Source: Anaeramoeba ignava BMAN (Eukaryota; Protista; Anaeramoebae). From it: 64,000 nucleotides of DNA. The notes beneath the pieces are model-generated. The model searched no databases. It saw only the letters and a program-made list of their open reading frames with translations, and was not told the origin of the DNA. The translations under genes and the position numbers were made by a program. The stretch lies in the NCBI GenBank assembly GCA_028826165.1, contig JAPDFW010000091.1, positions 186,001-250,000 on the forward strand, read 5' to 3'. Positions 25,701-39,828 of this stretch are shown here, in pieces (within the stretch, counting starts at the first letter, position 1; each line of letters begins with the position of its first letter).

Positions 25701-28622
25701 GAAAATGGATTTGCAACATTTTCAGATTTAATTATTAATCCATATTTAGAATGGAACTATCAAAATCCCATTTTTGGGTGTGATGAAAAATCCAATGAAG
25801 TGGAAATGTCTGAAGTGTGGATAACTAATCTGTGATTCTTTTCAATAAATTGGAATCCCATGGTATTGTATTTTGGATGAGGCTATCACATTTAATGGAA
25901 AAAGATATTTTGGTTCATTTATTGTTCAACTTCTTGCTTCCTCAATTCCAATTTCTGGAAAACCAATAATTGCTGAAACTTATTCATTATATCCAGATGA
26001 ACCAAACACTTGCAAAATAGATCCTTCAACTTCAATTCAAACAACTGATGAAAATGGAATTGCAGTTTTTAATTTAATCATCGAATCAGGAACTTCAGAA
26101 TATTGTTACATCCGTTTTTCTTATTATGATAGTCTTTATTCTGAATCCATTGAAACATATATCCTAAATCCGATTGAAAAAGTAATCATACAATCTGAAA
26201 ATATCCCAAATGAATTGGAAATGGGAGAAACTTTTTCAGTAAAAATTGAAATAACATTTAAGGAAGATTATGAAAAGATGAAAAATATTTCTTTTCCAAT
26301 TCAAATTATTACAAAATGTTCAAATGCTTCTTATTCAAGTGATAATATGATGACAAATGTAAATGGAGAAACAATTTTAAACAATTTAAAATTTGATTCA
26401 GTTTCAGGAGATGAAGAATGTTTAGATAAAGAAACAAAAGTAAAAGCAGAAATTGCATTTTCAGTTTTAGGAATTCAATCAGATTTTCAAACAATTTTAA
26501 TTCCTTCTCCTGATAAAATTGATGCTAGAAAAGCAATGGATTCACTTAAACAATCAATTCTTTTTTGGGTTGTTAGTTTATGTCTTATTTTCCCATTTGT
26601 TCTTAATTCAACAAAAAATCATAATATTATTACATTTATTGTTATTATTGGATTAATTGCAGTTTTACTTGCTTTTATTACTAAATTAATTCCAAAAGCA
26701 GATAAAATTGAAACAAGACAATTTGTTGCTTTATCAGCTTTTGAAGCAATTCTTATTAGCATTTCTCTTTTGATTTTATTGATTATTATTTTATCAAGAT
26801 TTATTCCAAAATTTAGAAAATTAATTGAAAAAACATTTTTTACTCATGAAAGAATATCAAATTATTTTATTCTTTTCAAAAAATTACTTCCAATAGGAGC
26901 AAAAAAATCATTAAAATTTAAAGAAATTGAACAACTCTTTATTAATAAAAAAATTTATTCAGAATCAGAATCAGATAAAGATAAAGAATCAGATAAAGAA
27001 AAAGATAAAGATAAAGATAAAGATAAAGATAAAGATAAAGATAAATATGAAATTGAATTAGAATCTTTTTCAGAAAATGAAAAATTGAAAGAAAATATTA
27101 AAGAGAAGAAATTTTCACAATTAACAGAAACAGAAATTCAATTTGTGATTGAAAAATATTCTCAAAATTTAGAAAATCAAAATCAAAATCAAAAAGAAAA
27201 TGAAAATGAAAAGAAATCAAAAAATAAATGTTCAATTTTTTGGAATTGGATTGTTGGATTATTCAAAAATTAATCAAAAAAATCAAATCAAAATTTGAAG
27301 AAAAACCAAATCCACATAAAGAATATGAAAATTATTTTGATTTTTATTATCCACAAAGAATGATTGCTTCATTTTGGCTTTGGATTGTATTAGTTATTTT
27401 ATTGATTTTACTTGTAACAAAATTAATAAGAAATGCATGTTTAAGTGTTCAATTATATAGACAAGAAATTATTTCAAATGTTCAAAAAAGTAATTGTTAT
27501 GAAGATAAACCAAATATGAATGATTATTTCTATACAATGTCAGTTTCTTTAATTGAAATACTTCGAGAACTTAATTCAAGTTGTTCAACTAATCCAAATC
27601 CTTTTCCAAGTTCATTTTCAAGATTTGTTTATTCATTTTCAAGAACAAAAACTAATCAAATTATTAATTCAATTTCAATTATTTCAGGAATTTCAGCATT
27701 AATTGCATTTATTATTCTTCTTTTACTTTGGAGATCAATTTTCAATTTATATAAGAAAAGAATAATGATTTTAAGACAAGGAAAAAAACCATTTCCAGAG
27801 TTTAATACAGCAAATCCAGTTAAAGTAACTTCATATACAAATTTACAAGTTTGGTTAGGATTAATTTCATTTCTTTTAGCTTGGATTTTTGTTTTCATAA
27901 TTTTATTTATTATTCCAGCAATTTATTGGTTTGTTTCAAAAGAATTTCTTTATATGTTATTAAGATATTTGTTATATTTTATCATAATTGTTATTGTTTA
28001 TCAAATTATTTTTGGAATTCTTATTCAAAAAATAATGATGAAATATTTCACTGATAAAAAGAAAATAATTGATAGAACAGCATTTTCAATTTATGATTTT
28101 CTTAAATTTTTTATGACAATATTTTCAGGAGCAACTTCATCAATTAAAAAATTATTTGGAATTGGAGGAGGATCAATTTTATCAATATTCAGACTTGATG
28201 ATAAAACAAAATTTGATGAATCTTATGCAGCAATGATGTTAATTGATCATGAAATAAATAATCCAATTCTCAGAATTTTTTCAAATTATTTAATTCAATT
28301 TGTTAGTTCAAGAAAGATAATATTTCAAAAAAGAATTTCAAAAGAAAACAATGAAAATCTTGAAGATACAGAACAAGAACAAGAACTTAATGTTATTAAA
28401 TATCATCCAATTACTCATGAACCAATTCAAAAAGAAAAAATTAGAAAAATATTTTTACTTCTTCTTACACTTTCATCAAACAAAAATTTAAAAGAATTAA
28501 GAAAAAAAGCAATTAAAATTGAAAAAAGAAAACAAAAATTCCAGAAAGAAAAAGAAGAAAAAATGCAAAGAATGGTTCAAAAAAATTTAAAACAAAAAGA
28601 AGAAAGTAAAAAAGAGAAATAA
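19708..28622 (+). CDS. Giant membrane protein: signal peptide, beta-propeller-like repeats, two TM helices, ~7 Ig-like repeats, C-terminal STRA6/RBP-receptor-like multi-pass domain (multi-exon, several apparent indels)
   Basis: Hydrophobic N-terminus; repeated IDxxNxxxYF blades; PNPTPTP linker, TM and poly-K; frame-preserving introns 22187-22255, 22320-22379, 22675-22768 join the parts; repeated T[DN]xNGxAxF motif; STRA6-like FYYPQRMI, YAAMMLIDHEINNPILRIF, IFLLLLTLSSNKNLKELRK. Frame breaks near 21240, 22840-22920, 25835-25870 and 27270 are unresolved. Confidence 0.7.
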
Positions 28623-28708
28623 TTTTTTTTTCTTTTTTTCAAATTCCACTTTTTTTTTTTTCAAATTTTCAAAAAGAAAATAAAAAGAAAATAAAAAGAA
28701 AATAAAAA

Positions 28709-30862
28709 TTATTTTTTATTAAGAAAAATTCGAATAATTCCATCAAAATCACAACTAATAATAATCATTCCAGAAATTGAATTTTGATTTTCTTTTTGAT
28801 TTTCTTTTTCTTTTTCTTTTTCTTTTTCTTTTTCTTTTTCTTTTTCTTTTCTGGATTTAAATAAACTTCACAAATATTTTTTGGAACAAAAGTTGCTGAA
28901 GTAACAATATTTTTTGAAACAGAAATCTTTTCATTACAAATATTTCTATATTGAAAATTAGATTTCTTTATATTTTTTCGAGGATCTTTTTCCCAAATAT
29001 AAAAATTTCCATCTTCAGAACCACAAATTATTAAATCATTATATCTATTTTTACAATAAAATAAATTTTAGATTAAAATAAATTTTGAAATCAAAATTTT
29101 GGAATAAAATAAATTTTTACGAGAGAAAAGCCTTAATTTGATTTTTTGAATTTTGATGACCTTGATATTTTCGAACTAAAGAATAATCATACATTTGATA
29201 TAATCTTATCCTGGAATCATTTGATGTAAAAATAATTTCTTTATCATCATGAGTAAATTCAATATTTGTAATTTTTTTTCCATGAGAATTTTTTCCTCTT
29301 CTTGAACGAACATGAATTCTTGTGATATATTCCAATTTCTTTAGAAAGGGAATTAAAATAAATATTTAATATTTTTACAAATATTTTTATGAATATTTTT
29401 ATGAATATTTTTATTTAATATTTTTATTTAATATTTTTATAAATATTTTTATAAAATTTTTTTTATTGAATGAATATTTTTATGAATATATTTAATAAAT
29501 ATTTTTATGAATATTTTTATTTAATATTTAATCTGAATATTTTTATGAATATTTAATATTTGATCTAAATATTTAATATTTTTAATTTTAAATTTAATAT
29601 TTAATATTTAATATTAAATATTTGAAATATTTTTATATTTAATATAAAATATTTTTTAATATATTTAATATTTTTAATATTTTTATTTAATATTTAATAT
29701 TTAATATTAATAACTATTTAATATTTTTGAATATTTAATATTTTAATGAATATTTTTTTATGGGAATATTTTTATAATATTTTAATATTTAATATTTATA
29801 TTTTTAATATATTTAATATTTTTTAATATTTTTATTTAATAAATATTTTTTTATTTAATATTTTTTAAATTTTATTTTTATGAATATTTAATATTTATTT
29901 TATAAAAATTTTTAAATATTGAATCATAAAAATGGACAATATGCAATTATATTCCCAGAATTACTAAAACAAGTAGTAGTAATAAGTTCTTGTGTATCAC
30001 AATAAAAAAGAATTTTATTATCTTTCAAATCCCAAAGACGAACTTTCTCATCAAAACAACCAGTAAGAAAAATAGAATCATCAGAAGGATGAATTTGAAC
30101 AGAAGTAACAAAATCAGGATGCTGGAATATCAACTCACATTTCTTATTATTTTGATTCCATTTTCTGACTGTTTTATCAATTGAAGCAGTTAATATAATT
30201 CCGTTGCTTCCCCAAGAAATATCCAAAATATCTCCAGAATGACCTTCGAATTCATAAATGGGATCAGTTTGAATCAAAGGCAGTTCAAGAGCAATTGCTT
30301 CTTGCAAATTTTCTTCGTTTTGTTTTTCTTTGATTTTGTTGCGCATTTTTCGATCCAAATGCAAGTGATTTGAGTTTTGAGTTGAAAAATCATCAGCCAT
30401 TTTGATTTTTTTTTCAAGAGAAGAAACAATTTTTTTTTGCTCATTGAATTGCTGTTGTTGAGTTTGAAGGATTTTCCAGATGCGAAGGATAGTGTCCTGT
30501 CCTCCAGTTGCTATTTGAAGGGATTTTTCGTTGAACTTAACAACCCAAATAGGTCCTGTGTGTTTTTTTATTTCCTGAATGCAGTATACTTTATTAAATA
30601 GAGCTGCTTTTTTTTTGTGAGGAATTGATTCGAAAAGATTCATTCCTTTTATCTTGTTAATGTTCTCTTTTGTGAATCTTCTGTTTTTTTCAGGTCCATA
30701 TAAAACGTTTGGATCAAATCCTTTTTCGATTTTTTCGTCAATTTCTTCTATTTTGAAAATTTCGTTTGTGTCGATATTTTTGATGAAATTGTTGTTTTGT
30801 TTTTGTTCTTGTTCTTGTTCTTGTTGATTTGTGTTTTTTATATTTTGAGAATTATTTGACAT
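28709..30862 (-). CDS. WD40 repeat protein, WDR44-like
   Basis: HTGPIWVVKF, ATGGQD, FEGHSGDILDISW, FQHPDFVTSV, RSRRGKN...KKIT, TSNDSRIRLY, CGSEDG. Exons ~29937-30862, 29121-29338, 28709-29044. Junction in AT-rich 29340-29930 is unresolved. Confidence 0.85.
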
Positions 30863-30929
30863 TTAATGAAAGAAGAAGAAAGAAAAAAATGAAAAAAAAT
30901 TTTTTTCTTCTTTTTTTTTTTTTTTTTAA

Positions 30930-31959
30930 ATTGATTACAAATCTAAATAAATATATAAATAAGAATATAAACAAATATATAAATAAATATATAAATTAAA
31001 ATATATAAATAAAAATTGATTAAAAAGTGGAATAAAAAATTGATTAAATATATAAATAAATATATAAATAAATATATAAATAAATATATAAAAAATAAAA
31101 ATTGATTAAAAAAAATTAAAGTCAAAAATAAATATATAAATAAATATATAAATAAATATAAATAAATATATAAATAAATAGCAAATAAATAAATATATAA
31201 ATAAATATATTTTAAACTGTTTTAAATAAATAAATAAATATAAATCCGTAAATAAAAAATAAAAAAAATAATCCAAAAAAAAATATAAAAATAAATTTGA
31301 ATCAAAAGTTCATATAAATAAATATACAAATTCTTCGTTTTGTTTTTTTTATTTTGTTGCGCATTTTTCGATCCAAAAAGTGAACAAAAGTTTTGATTGA
31401 AAAATCATAAATAAATTTGATAAATAAAAACAATATGAAATAAATATAGTTTGAAAAATTATAAAAAAAGGATAAATCCTGTCCTCCATAACTAAATGAA
31501 TAATATGAAAATATAAAAATAAATATATATATTTTTAAATATGAATAAAATATATATTAAAAAGAGCTGCTTTTTGAAAAATTGATTAAAAAAAAGAAAA
31601 ATTACAAATATTAAACAAAATTTATAAATAAAAATGTTTTTCATAAAATAAATAAAATATAAAATAAAAATTTTTAAATAAATATAATAAAAAAAAAAAA
31701 AGTAAATAAAATTAGGAAAAAAAGATGGAATATTTTTGGAATAAAAATTGTTGTTTTATAAAAAATAATAAATTTATAAAAACAAAATATATTTATAAAT
31801 GAGAAAATAAATAAATAAATAAAAAAGATAAATAAAAAAAAATAAAAAAAAAAAAATTTTAAATAAAACATATAAATAAATATAAAAAAAAGAATATAAA
31901 TAAAAATATAAATAAAAATAAAAAAATAAATAAATATATAAAAAAAATAGAAAAAAAAT

Positions 31960-31990
<31 letters not shown>

Positions 31991-34900
31991 TATAAATAAA
32001 ATATAATAAATAAAATTGAAATAAAACATATAAATAAATAAAATAAAAAAAATAAAAAAAATAAATAAATAAAAATAAATAAAATAAATATAAATATAAA
32101 AAATATATAAATAAAATATATAAAAAATATATAAATAAAAATATAAATAAAATATATAAATAAATATATAAATAAATATATAAATAAAAAATAATAAATA
32201 AAATAAAACAATAAAAAAATGGAATAAAAATATATAAATAAAAAATATATAAATAAATATATAAAAAAATAAATAAATAAAATAAATAAATAAATATAAA
32301 AAAAAAAAATAAATAAATAAATAAATAAATATATAAATAAAAATAAAAAAAAATAAAAATAAATAAAATATAAATAAATAAATAAATAAATAAAATATAT
32401 AAATAAAATATATAAATAAATATATAAATAAATAAATAAATAAATATATAAATAAATATATAAAAAAAATAAATAAATAAATAAATAAAAAAAAAAAAAA
32501 AAATAAATAAATATAAATAAAATAAAAAAATAAAAAAAATAAATAAATAAATAAATAAAAAAAAATATAATTAAAAATATAAAAAAAATGGAAAAAAAAC
32601 AAAAAAATATTAAAAAAAAATAAAAAAAATAAAAAAAAATATATAAATAAATATATAACAAAATATATAAATAAATATATAAATAAATATATAAATAAAA
32701 TATATATAAATAAAATATAATAAATAAATAAATAAAAATATAAAATAAATATATAAATAAAACCTGATAAAAAAAAATAAAAAAAAAAAAAAAAAAAAAT
32801 AACAAAAATAAATAAATAAATAAATAAAAAATAAATAAATAAATAAATAAAAAAAATAAATAAATATATAAAAATATATAAACAAAATAAATAAATAAAT
32901 ATATAAATAAATAAATAAATAAATATATAAATAAAAAAAAAATAAAATAAATAAATAAATAAAAATAAATAAAAAAAAAAAAATAAAAAAAAAAAAATAA
33001 ATAAATAAATAAAATAAAATAAAATATATAAATAAAATATATAAAAAAATATATAAATAAAATATAAAAAAATAAATAAACAAATAAATAAATATTGATT
33101 AAAAATGGAATAAAATAAATATATAAAAATAAATAAAATATAAACAAAAATAAATAAAATATAAATAAAATAAATAAAAAAAAATATATAAATATATAAA
33201 TAAATAAAAATTATAAATAAATAAATAAATAAATAAATAAATATATAAAATAAATATATAAATAAAATATATAAAAAAAAATATAAATAAAAATATAAAT
33301 AAAAAATAAAAAAAAAAAAAAAAAAATAAATAAATAAATAAAAAAATATATAAATAAAATATATAAATAAAAAATATAAATAAATAAACAAAAATAAAAA
33401 TAAAAATAAATAAATAAAAAATATAAAAATAAAATATAAATAAAATATAAAATAAAAATATAAACAAAATATAAAAAAAATATATAAATAAAATATATAA
33501 ATAAAATATAAAAAATATATATAAATAAATATATAAATAAAAATATATAATTTATAAATAAATATATAAAAATAAAAATATAAAAATAAAAAAAAAAAAA
33601 AAATAAAAAAATTATAAAATAAATATATAAATAAAATATATAAATAAATATATAAATAAAAATATATAAATAAATATATAAATAAAATATAAAATAAATA
33701 TATAAATAAATATATAAATAAAATATATAAAAAAATAAATAAATAAATAAAATAAAAAAATATAAATAAAAAAATATAAATAAACATATAAAAAAAAATA
33801 TATAAAAATAAAAAAAAAAAATAAATAAATATATAAATAAAATATAAAATAAACATAAAATAAAAATATAAAAAAAAATATATAAAAATAAACAAATAAA
33901 AAATAAAATAAAATATATAAAAACAAAAATAAAATATAAATAAATAAATAAATATAAAAAAAAAAATATAAAAAAATAAAAAAAAAAAATAAATAAATAA
34001 ATAAATATATAAAAAAAATAAACAAAATATATAAAAAAAATAAAAATAAAAAATATAAATAAAATATATAAACAAAATATAAAAAAAAAATATAAACAAA
34101 AAAATAAAATAAAAATATAAAATAAAATATATAAATAAATATATAAATAAATATATAAATAAATATATAAAAAATAAATATATAAAAAAAAAATATAAAT
34201 AAAATATACAAAATAAAATAAATATAAATAAATATATAAATAAAAAATAAATAAATATATAAATAAATATATAAATAAAATATAAACAAAATATATAAAA
34301 AATAAATAACAAAAAAAAATATATAAATAAATAAATAAAAAATACAAATAAATAAAATAAATAAATAAATAAATAAATAAAATAAATATAAAAAAAAAAT
34401 AAATAAATAAAAATATAAATAAAAATAAAAAAAAATATTAATAAAATAAATTAAAAATAAATAAAAAAAAAAAAAAAAAAAAAATAAATAAATATATAAA
34501 ATAAATATATATAAAAAAAAAAATAAAAAATATATAAATAAATATATAAATAAATATATAAATAAATATAAAATAAAATATAAATAAAAAATAAATAAAA
34601 AAAATATAAAATAAAATATAAATAAAAATTGATTAAAAATTGGATCCCTTAAAAAGTGGAATAAAATTATAAAATAAATATATAAATAAAAATATAAATA
34701 AATATATAAATAAATATATAAATAAATATATAAATAAATATATAAATAAATATATAAATAAATATATAAATAAATATATAAATAAATATATAAATAAATA
34801 TATAAATAAATATATAAATAAATATATAAATAAATATATAAATAAATATATAAATAAATATATAAATAAATATATAAATTAAAATATAAATAAAATTAGA
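30930..34900. repeat. ~4-kb purine-strand-biased AT desert, (ATAA)n and (AAATATATAAAT)n
   Basis: Almost only A/T; perfect 12-mer run at ~34690-34878; produces the FIYL pseudo-ORFs. Confidence 0.9.
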
Positions 34901-35489
34901 TTAAAAAGTGGAATAAAAAAACTGATTAAAAAATCTAATTAAAAAATTTGATTTAATTCTTTAATTGGAACAAATCCCCTTTTTTATTTTTTTATTTTTT
35001 ATTTTTTTTAATTTAATTTGTAAAAAAAGAAGAAAAAACTTAAAAAATTGAGATTTTAATTAAATTTAAATAAAAATAAATGATCAATTTTTAATTTTTA
35101 ATTTTAATTTTTAATTTTAATTTAAATTTAAAATAAAAAAATCATTCAACAAGTGAAAATTAAATGTAAAAATATTTTTGCTTTTTTTTTTTTTTATTTT
35201 TAATTAAAAAATTAAAAAGAAAATTTTTTTTTTTGCTTTTTCCAAAATTTTTTTTTTTATTTTTAAGTTTAATTGAAAAAAAAAGAGAAATGACTAAAAA
35301 AAGACAATAAAAAAATTAAATAAAATTTAAATAAAGAAAAAAATAACGAAAATTTAATTAAAAAAAAAAAATTAAAAAAAAAAATAAAAAATAAAAAAAA
35401 AGATCGTTTTCACTTTTTTCTTTTCTTTTTCTTTATCAACTTACTATTTCTTTACTGTTTTTTGTTTTTTTTTTTTACCAAATTTATTT

Positions 35490-35680
35490 GTAAGCAAAAT
35501 AATAAAATAAATAATAAAATAAATAATAAAATAAAATAAAATAAATTTTGTTAAAGTTGTATTATTTATTATTATTTAAATTTTGGAAAGAAAAAATTTT
35601 TTTTGCTTTTTTTTTTTTAAATTTAAATTTCTAATTAAAAATTTTTTTTTTTTGCTTTTTTTTTTCACAATTAAAAATAG
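35490..35680 (+). other. Probable 5'-UTR intron of the actin gene
   Basis: GTAAGC donor at 35490, pyrimidine tract, TAG acceptor 13 nt before the ATG. Confidence 0.55.
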
Positions 35681-35693
35681 AAACTAAAACAAA

Positions 35694-36824
35694 ATGGAAT
35701 CAGATGATGTTGTAGCATGTGTTATCGATAACGGTTCAGGAATGTGCAAAGCAGGATTTGCAGGAGATGATGCACCAAGAGCAGTTTTCCCATCAATTGT
35801 TGGAAGACCGCGACATTTAGGAGTTATGGTTGGAATGGGACAAAAAGATTCATATGTTGGAGATGAAGCGCAATCCAAAAGAGGAATTTTAACATTGAAA
35901 TATCCAATAGAGCACGGAATAGTTGCAAATTGGGATGATATGGAAAAAGTATGGCATCACACCTTTTATAACGAGTTAAGAACAGCACCAGAAGAGCATC
36001 CAGTGCTTATGACTGAAGCGCCATTGAATCCGAAAGCAAACAGAGAAAAAATGATCCAAATCATGTTTGAAACTTTCAACGTTCCGGCATTTTATGTTGC
36101 TATTCAAGCCGTTTTATCACTTTATGCATCAGGAAGAACAACAGGACTTGTCTCAGATACTGGAGATGGTGTTTCTCATGCTGTCCCTATTTATGAAGGT
36201 TATGCTTTGCCTCATGCTATCATGAGAATTGATTTGGCAGGAAAAGATTTAACTGATTATTTAATGAAAATTATGACTGAAAGAGGATATTCATTTGTGA
36301 CAACTGCCGAACGAGAAATTGTTCGAGATATCAAAGAAAAACTCTGCTATGTTGCTTTGGATTTCGACCAAGAAATGGATATTGCAGCTGAATCTTCAGG
36401 TGTTGAAAAGAATTATGAATTGCCTGATGGCCAAATCATCACAATTGGAAATGAACGTTTCAGATGTCCCGAAGTTTTGTTCCAACCTTCCTTCATTGGA
36501 CATGAACAAGCTGGTCTTCATGAAACAATCTATAGTTCTATCATGAAATGCGATGTTGATATCAGAAAGGATCTCTATGGAAACGTTGTTCTTGCTGGTG
36601 GATCTTCAATGTTCCCAGGAATTTCTGATAGAATTCAAAAGGAAGTTACTCAATTAGCTCCTCCTGCTATGAAAGTTAAGGTTATTGCTTCTCCTGAAAG
36701 AAAATATTCTGCTTGGATTGGTGGTTCTATTTTGGCTTCTCTTTCCACTTTCTCTTCTATGTGGATTTCTGATGAAGAATATGAAGAATCTGGTCCTTCT
36801 ATTGTTCACAGAAAATGCTTCTAA
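35694..36824 (+). CDS. ACT: Actin (somewhat divergent)
   Basis: [30 protein letters not shown] ... SIVHRKCF, 376 aa. Confidence 0.99.
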   Translation: MESDDVVACVIDNGSGMCKAGFAGDDAPRAVFPSIVGRPRHLGVMVGMGQKDSYVGDEAQSKRGILTLKYPIEHGIVANWDDMEKVWHHTFYNELRTAPEEHPVLMTEAPLNPKANREKMIQIMFETFNVPAFYVAIQAVLSLYASGRTTGLVSDTGDGVSHAVPIYEGYALPHAIMRIDLAGKDLTDYLMKIMTERGYSFVTTAEREIVRDIKEKLCYVALDFDQEMDIAAESSGVEKNYELPDGQIITIGNERFRCPEVLFQPSFIGHEQAGLHETIYSSIMKCDVDIRKDLYGNVVLAGGSSMFPGISDRIQKEVTQLAPPAMKVKVIASPERKYSAWIGGSILASLSTFSSMWISDEEYEESGPSIVHRKCF

Positions 36825-37255
36825 AAAGTTCCTTTTTTTCCGTTTTTTTTTTTTTTTTTCAAAAAGAAAGTTTTTTTCTTTTTTCATTTTTTTTTTCTCA
36901 ATTCAAACAAGAGTTGATTGATCGAAAAATGAAAACAAAACCATTTTTTCAACTTTAACAAACAAATTCTTTTAATTTTCTTTAACAATTTATTTAACAT
37001 TTTAACAATCAATTTATCAATCAATTTATTAAATAATTTATAAATCAATTTTCTTTTAAAATTATTTATAAATTTATTTATTAATTTTCTTTTAAATTTT
37101 GTTTGGAAATCGGATAAAAATTAAAATTCATTCCAAAAAGTTTTTTTTTTCTTTTTTATTTTGTAAATTTTTTCTTTTTCTTTTAAAATAACAAATATTC
37201 AAATCTCATTTCTCTTCAAGATTTGGATTTGAATTTGATTTTGAATTTGATTTTG

Positions 37256-39528
37256 TTAAAGAACAAAACATTCAATTTCTTTAATCTTCCAATAACCATT
37301 TTCACCAGCAAAAAAATTCTTTGATTCTTTCGTTTTGGGTTGAATTCCATCAGGTAAAGTAAAATGATCACCAAAATCAAGTGAAACACCAGCTTTCAAA
37401 TCAGAACTAGGCATACTCAAATCAGCATTACCAAAACAAGGACCAGAACCCAAACGGAAAAAAAGAGCTTGATCCTCTTTCCCTTTTTGGATCGGAAAAA
37501 TTTGAGGAAAATTTCCTTTTGGACTTTTCAAACTAAATAAAAAAGCATTTGAATCCTTGATAAATCTCTCATTCTCTCCTGAAACCCAACCAACTTCAGT
37601 AAACCCTCCAAAAATATAGTTCTTCTTCGTTTTGATTACAACTAAAGTCTTCCCTTTATCAACGCATTTGTGTTGATATGTTTCTGATGAAAATCCATCT
37701 CTTTTGCCAGAAAATCCAAGTCTCATTTTGATAAAAAAATCATCACTAACCCACTCTTTAAGTTTTTGCATGTGTTTCTTATCCTTAATAATTGTGGATC
37801 CACGAAAAACTTCACTGAAGCTTCTTTTCAACGTTTTTTCCTTATTTTGGATCTTTTCCTTTTTCAAACGTTCTTTTTCTTTTTCTTTTTCTTTTTCTTT
37901 TTCTTTTTGATTTTCTTTTGGATTTTCTTTTGGATTTTCTTTTTGATTTTCTTCTTCTTTTTTTTCTTTCTCTTTCTCTTTCTCTTTCCAAGTTTTCCTC
38001 TCAGGCTTTTTCTTTGGCGAATCTCTGTATAAATGCTTCAGCTTATGTATATTTGCTTCTTTCTCTTTAATTTCCTTCTCCAAATTTTCAATCTCATTTT
38101 GTAACTTTTGATTCTCTTTTTTCCATTTATTTTCAATCTCATCCCGAAATTTTTTGATTTCGTTCTCTTTCTTTTCAATCTCGTTGTGAAACTGATTGAT
38201 TTCCTTTTCCTTTTTTTCGATATCATTCTGGAACTGATTAATCACTTTTTCCTTCTTTTCAATATCGTTTTGAAACTGGCTCAAGTTTTGCTCCCTTTTT
38301 CCCATCATATTCTGGAAATTATTGTTTTCCTCCTTCAACTGCTTGGCAATCTCGTTTCTTTCGTTTCTCAATGCAATAATTTCTTCCTCATTTTTCCTCA
38401 TTTGTTCCACTTTTTGTTGAATTTCCTCATTTTGCATTTTCACTTGTTGCTCCAAAATATCCACGTCTCGATTCCTTCTCAAAATGGCGTTTTTCAAGTC
38501 TTCCACTTGCTCATTTTGCGCGTCCATTTGATTTTTCATCCTTTTTCTCTCGCTCGCCACTTGCCCTTCCACTTTCTGTTTTCGGATTTCAATCTCGTTA
38601 ATTTCTCTGAAAAAAAAATCAGACAGAAATTCAAACTTTTTTATTTCCCCAATAACAGAATCATTGATGAAATTTCTTCTTCTCATCCCCTTAAAAATTC
38701 CCCCGATCAATCGATTCGTTTCAATCTCAATTGTTTTCGAGTCACTCTCTTCCATTTTGCTCATTTTACTCTTGATCCAATCCTCAATCATCGCAAAAAA
38801 TTCGATCCCAATCTTTTCTCCATGCGAAATTTTATCTTGAATCAATTTGCGCAAATGATTCTCGTTCAAAATTAAAAAATTTGAGTTTTGTTTCAAAAGT
38901 GAAAAATTCAAACTCAAAAAATCAAGGCATTTTTCTTCGATATTTCTTGAAGAAATGAACTCATTTCTTTCAAAATCGGGAAAACATTTGAATCACCCAA
39001 TGATCGAATGATTTTATTCTCCAAAATTTTAGATAAGAAATCCAATTGCAAATGTGATGAAATTTTCAAAAGAGAAACTAATTGAAATTCGTTTTGTTTT
39101 TCAAGAAACGACAAATCTGCAAAATAAATGTATTTTAGTATGTTTTTCATTGTTTCTTCATTGCAATCCAAGAAATACATCTCAGATTCATTTTCTTGGT
39201 ATAAAATTGAGTGGAAAAACCGACTTCTTACACTTAAAATTAATTTGTGAGTTTTGAATTCAATTTGTTTGTCTTCTTTTCCTTTGACAAAAATGGAAAA
39301 ATCCTTAAATTTGTTTGAGTGGTAAAAATTGGTAAAATTTCCAAGTAAAATTTCTTTTGCTTTTGTTTCATTTTCTTTTTGAATTTCTTTTTCATTTTCT
39401 TTTTCATTTTCTTTTTGATTTTCTTTTTCAATTTCATTTTCATTTTCATTTTCATTTTCATTTTCATTTTCATTTTCTTCTATTTGAGCGTTAGAATTAT
39501 TTTCGTTTGAATTATCATTTGTTTTCAT
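37256..39528 (-). CDS. BTB-BACK-coiled-coil-TLDc protein (one gene, split by an apparent homopolymer frameshift at ~38932)
   Basis: BTB: DFSIFV...FKTHKLILSVRSRFF...ILKYIY. Changing the A-run length gives SKKCLDFLSLNF, joining the two ORFs. TLDc: RDGFS...KTLVVIKT...IFGGFT...AFLFSL...GPCFG. Confidence 0.85.
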
Positions 39529-39828
39529 TTCTGTTAAAAATAGATTTAAAAAAGATCAATTAGTTTTTGTTTTTTTTTTTTGGAAAATTTTTCAATAATA
39601 ATTTCTTTCTTTTTTTTTTTTAAATTAAAATTTACTTTTTTAATAAATGGTTGTTTTTGATTTCGATTTTGTTTTTGTTAAAAAAGTAAAATAAAAGAAG
39701 AAAAAAAATTAATTAAAACAAAAAAACAAAGAAAAAAAAAATGAAAAAAAAAATTTTTCATTTTTTTTCTTATTTTTCTTTTCATTTCTTTTTAATAAAA
39801 AAAAAATAATAAAATAAACAAAAATCAA

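Noticed and set aside
31674-34347. Long minus-strand F/I/Y/L ORFs (up to 817 aa)
   Set aside because: The T-rich strand of the A-rich satellite rarely gives stops; several frames are open at once and there is no domain signal
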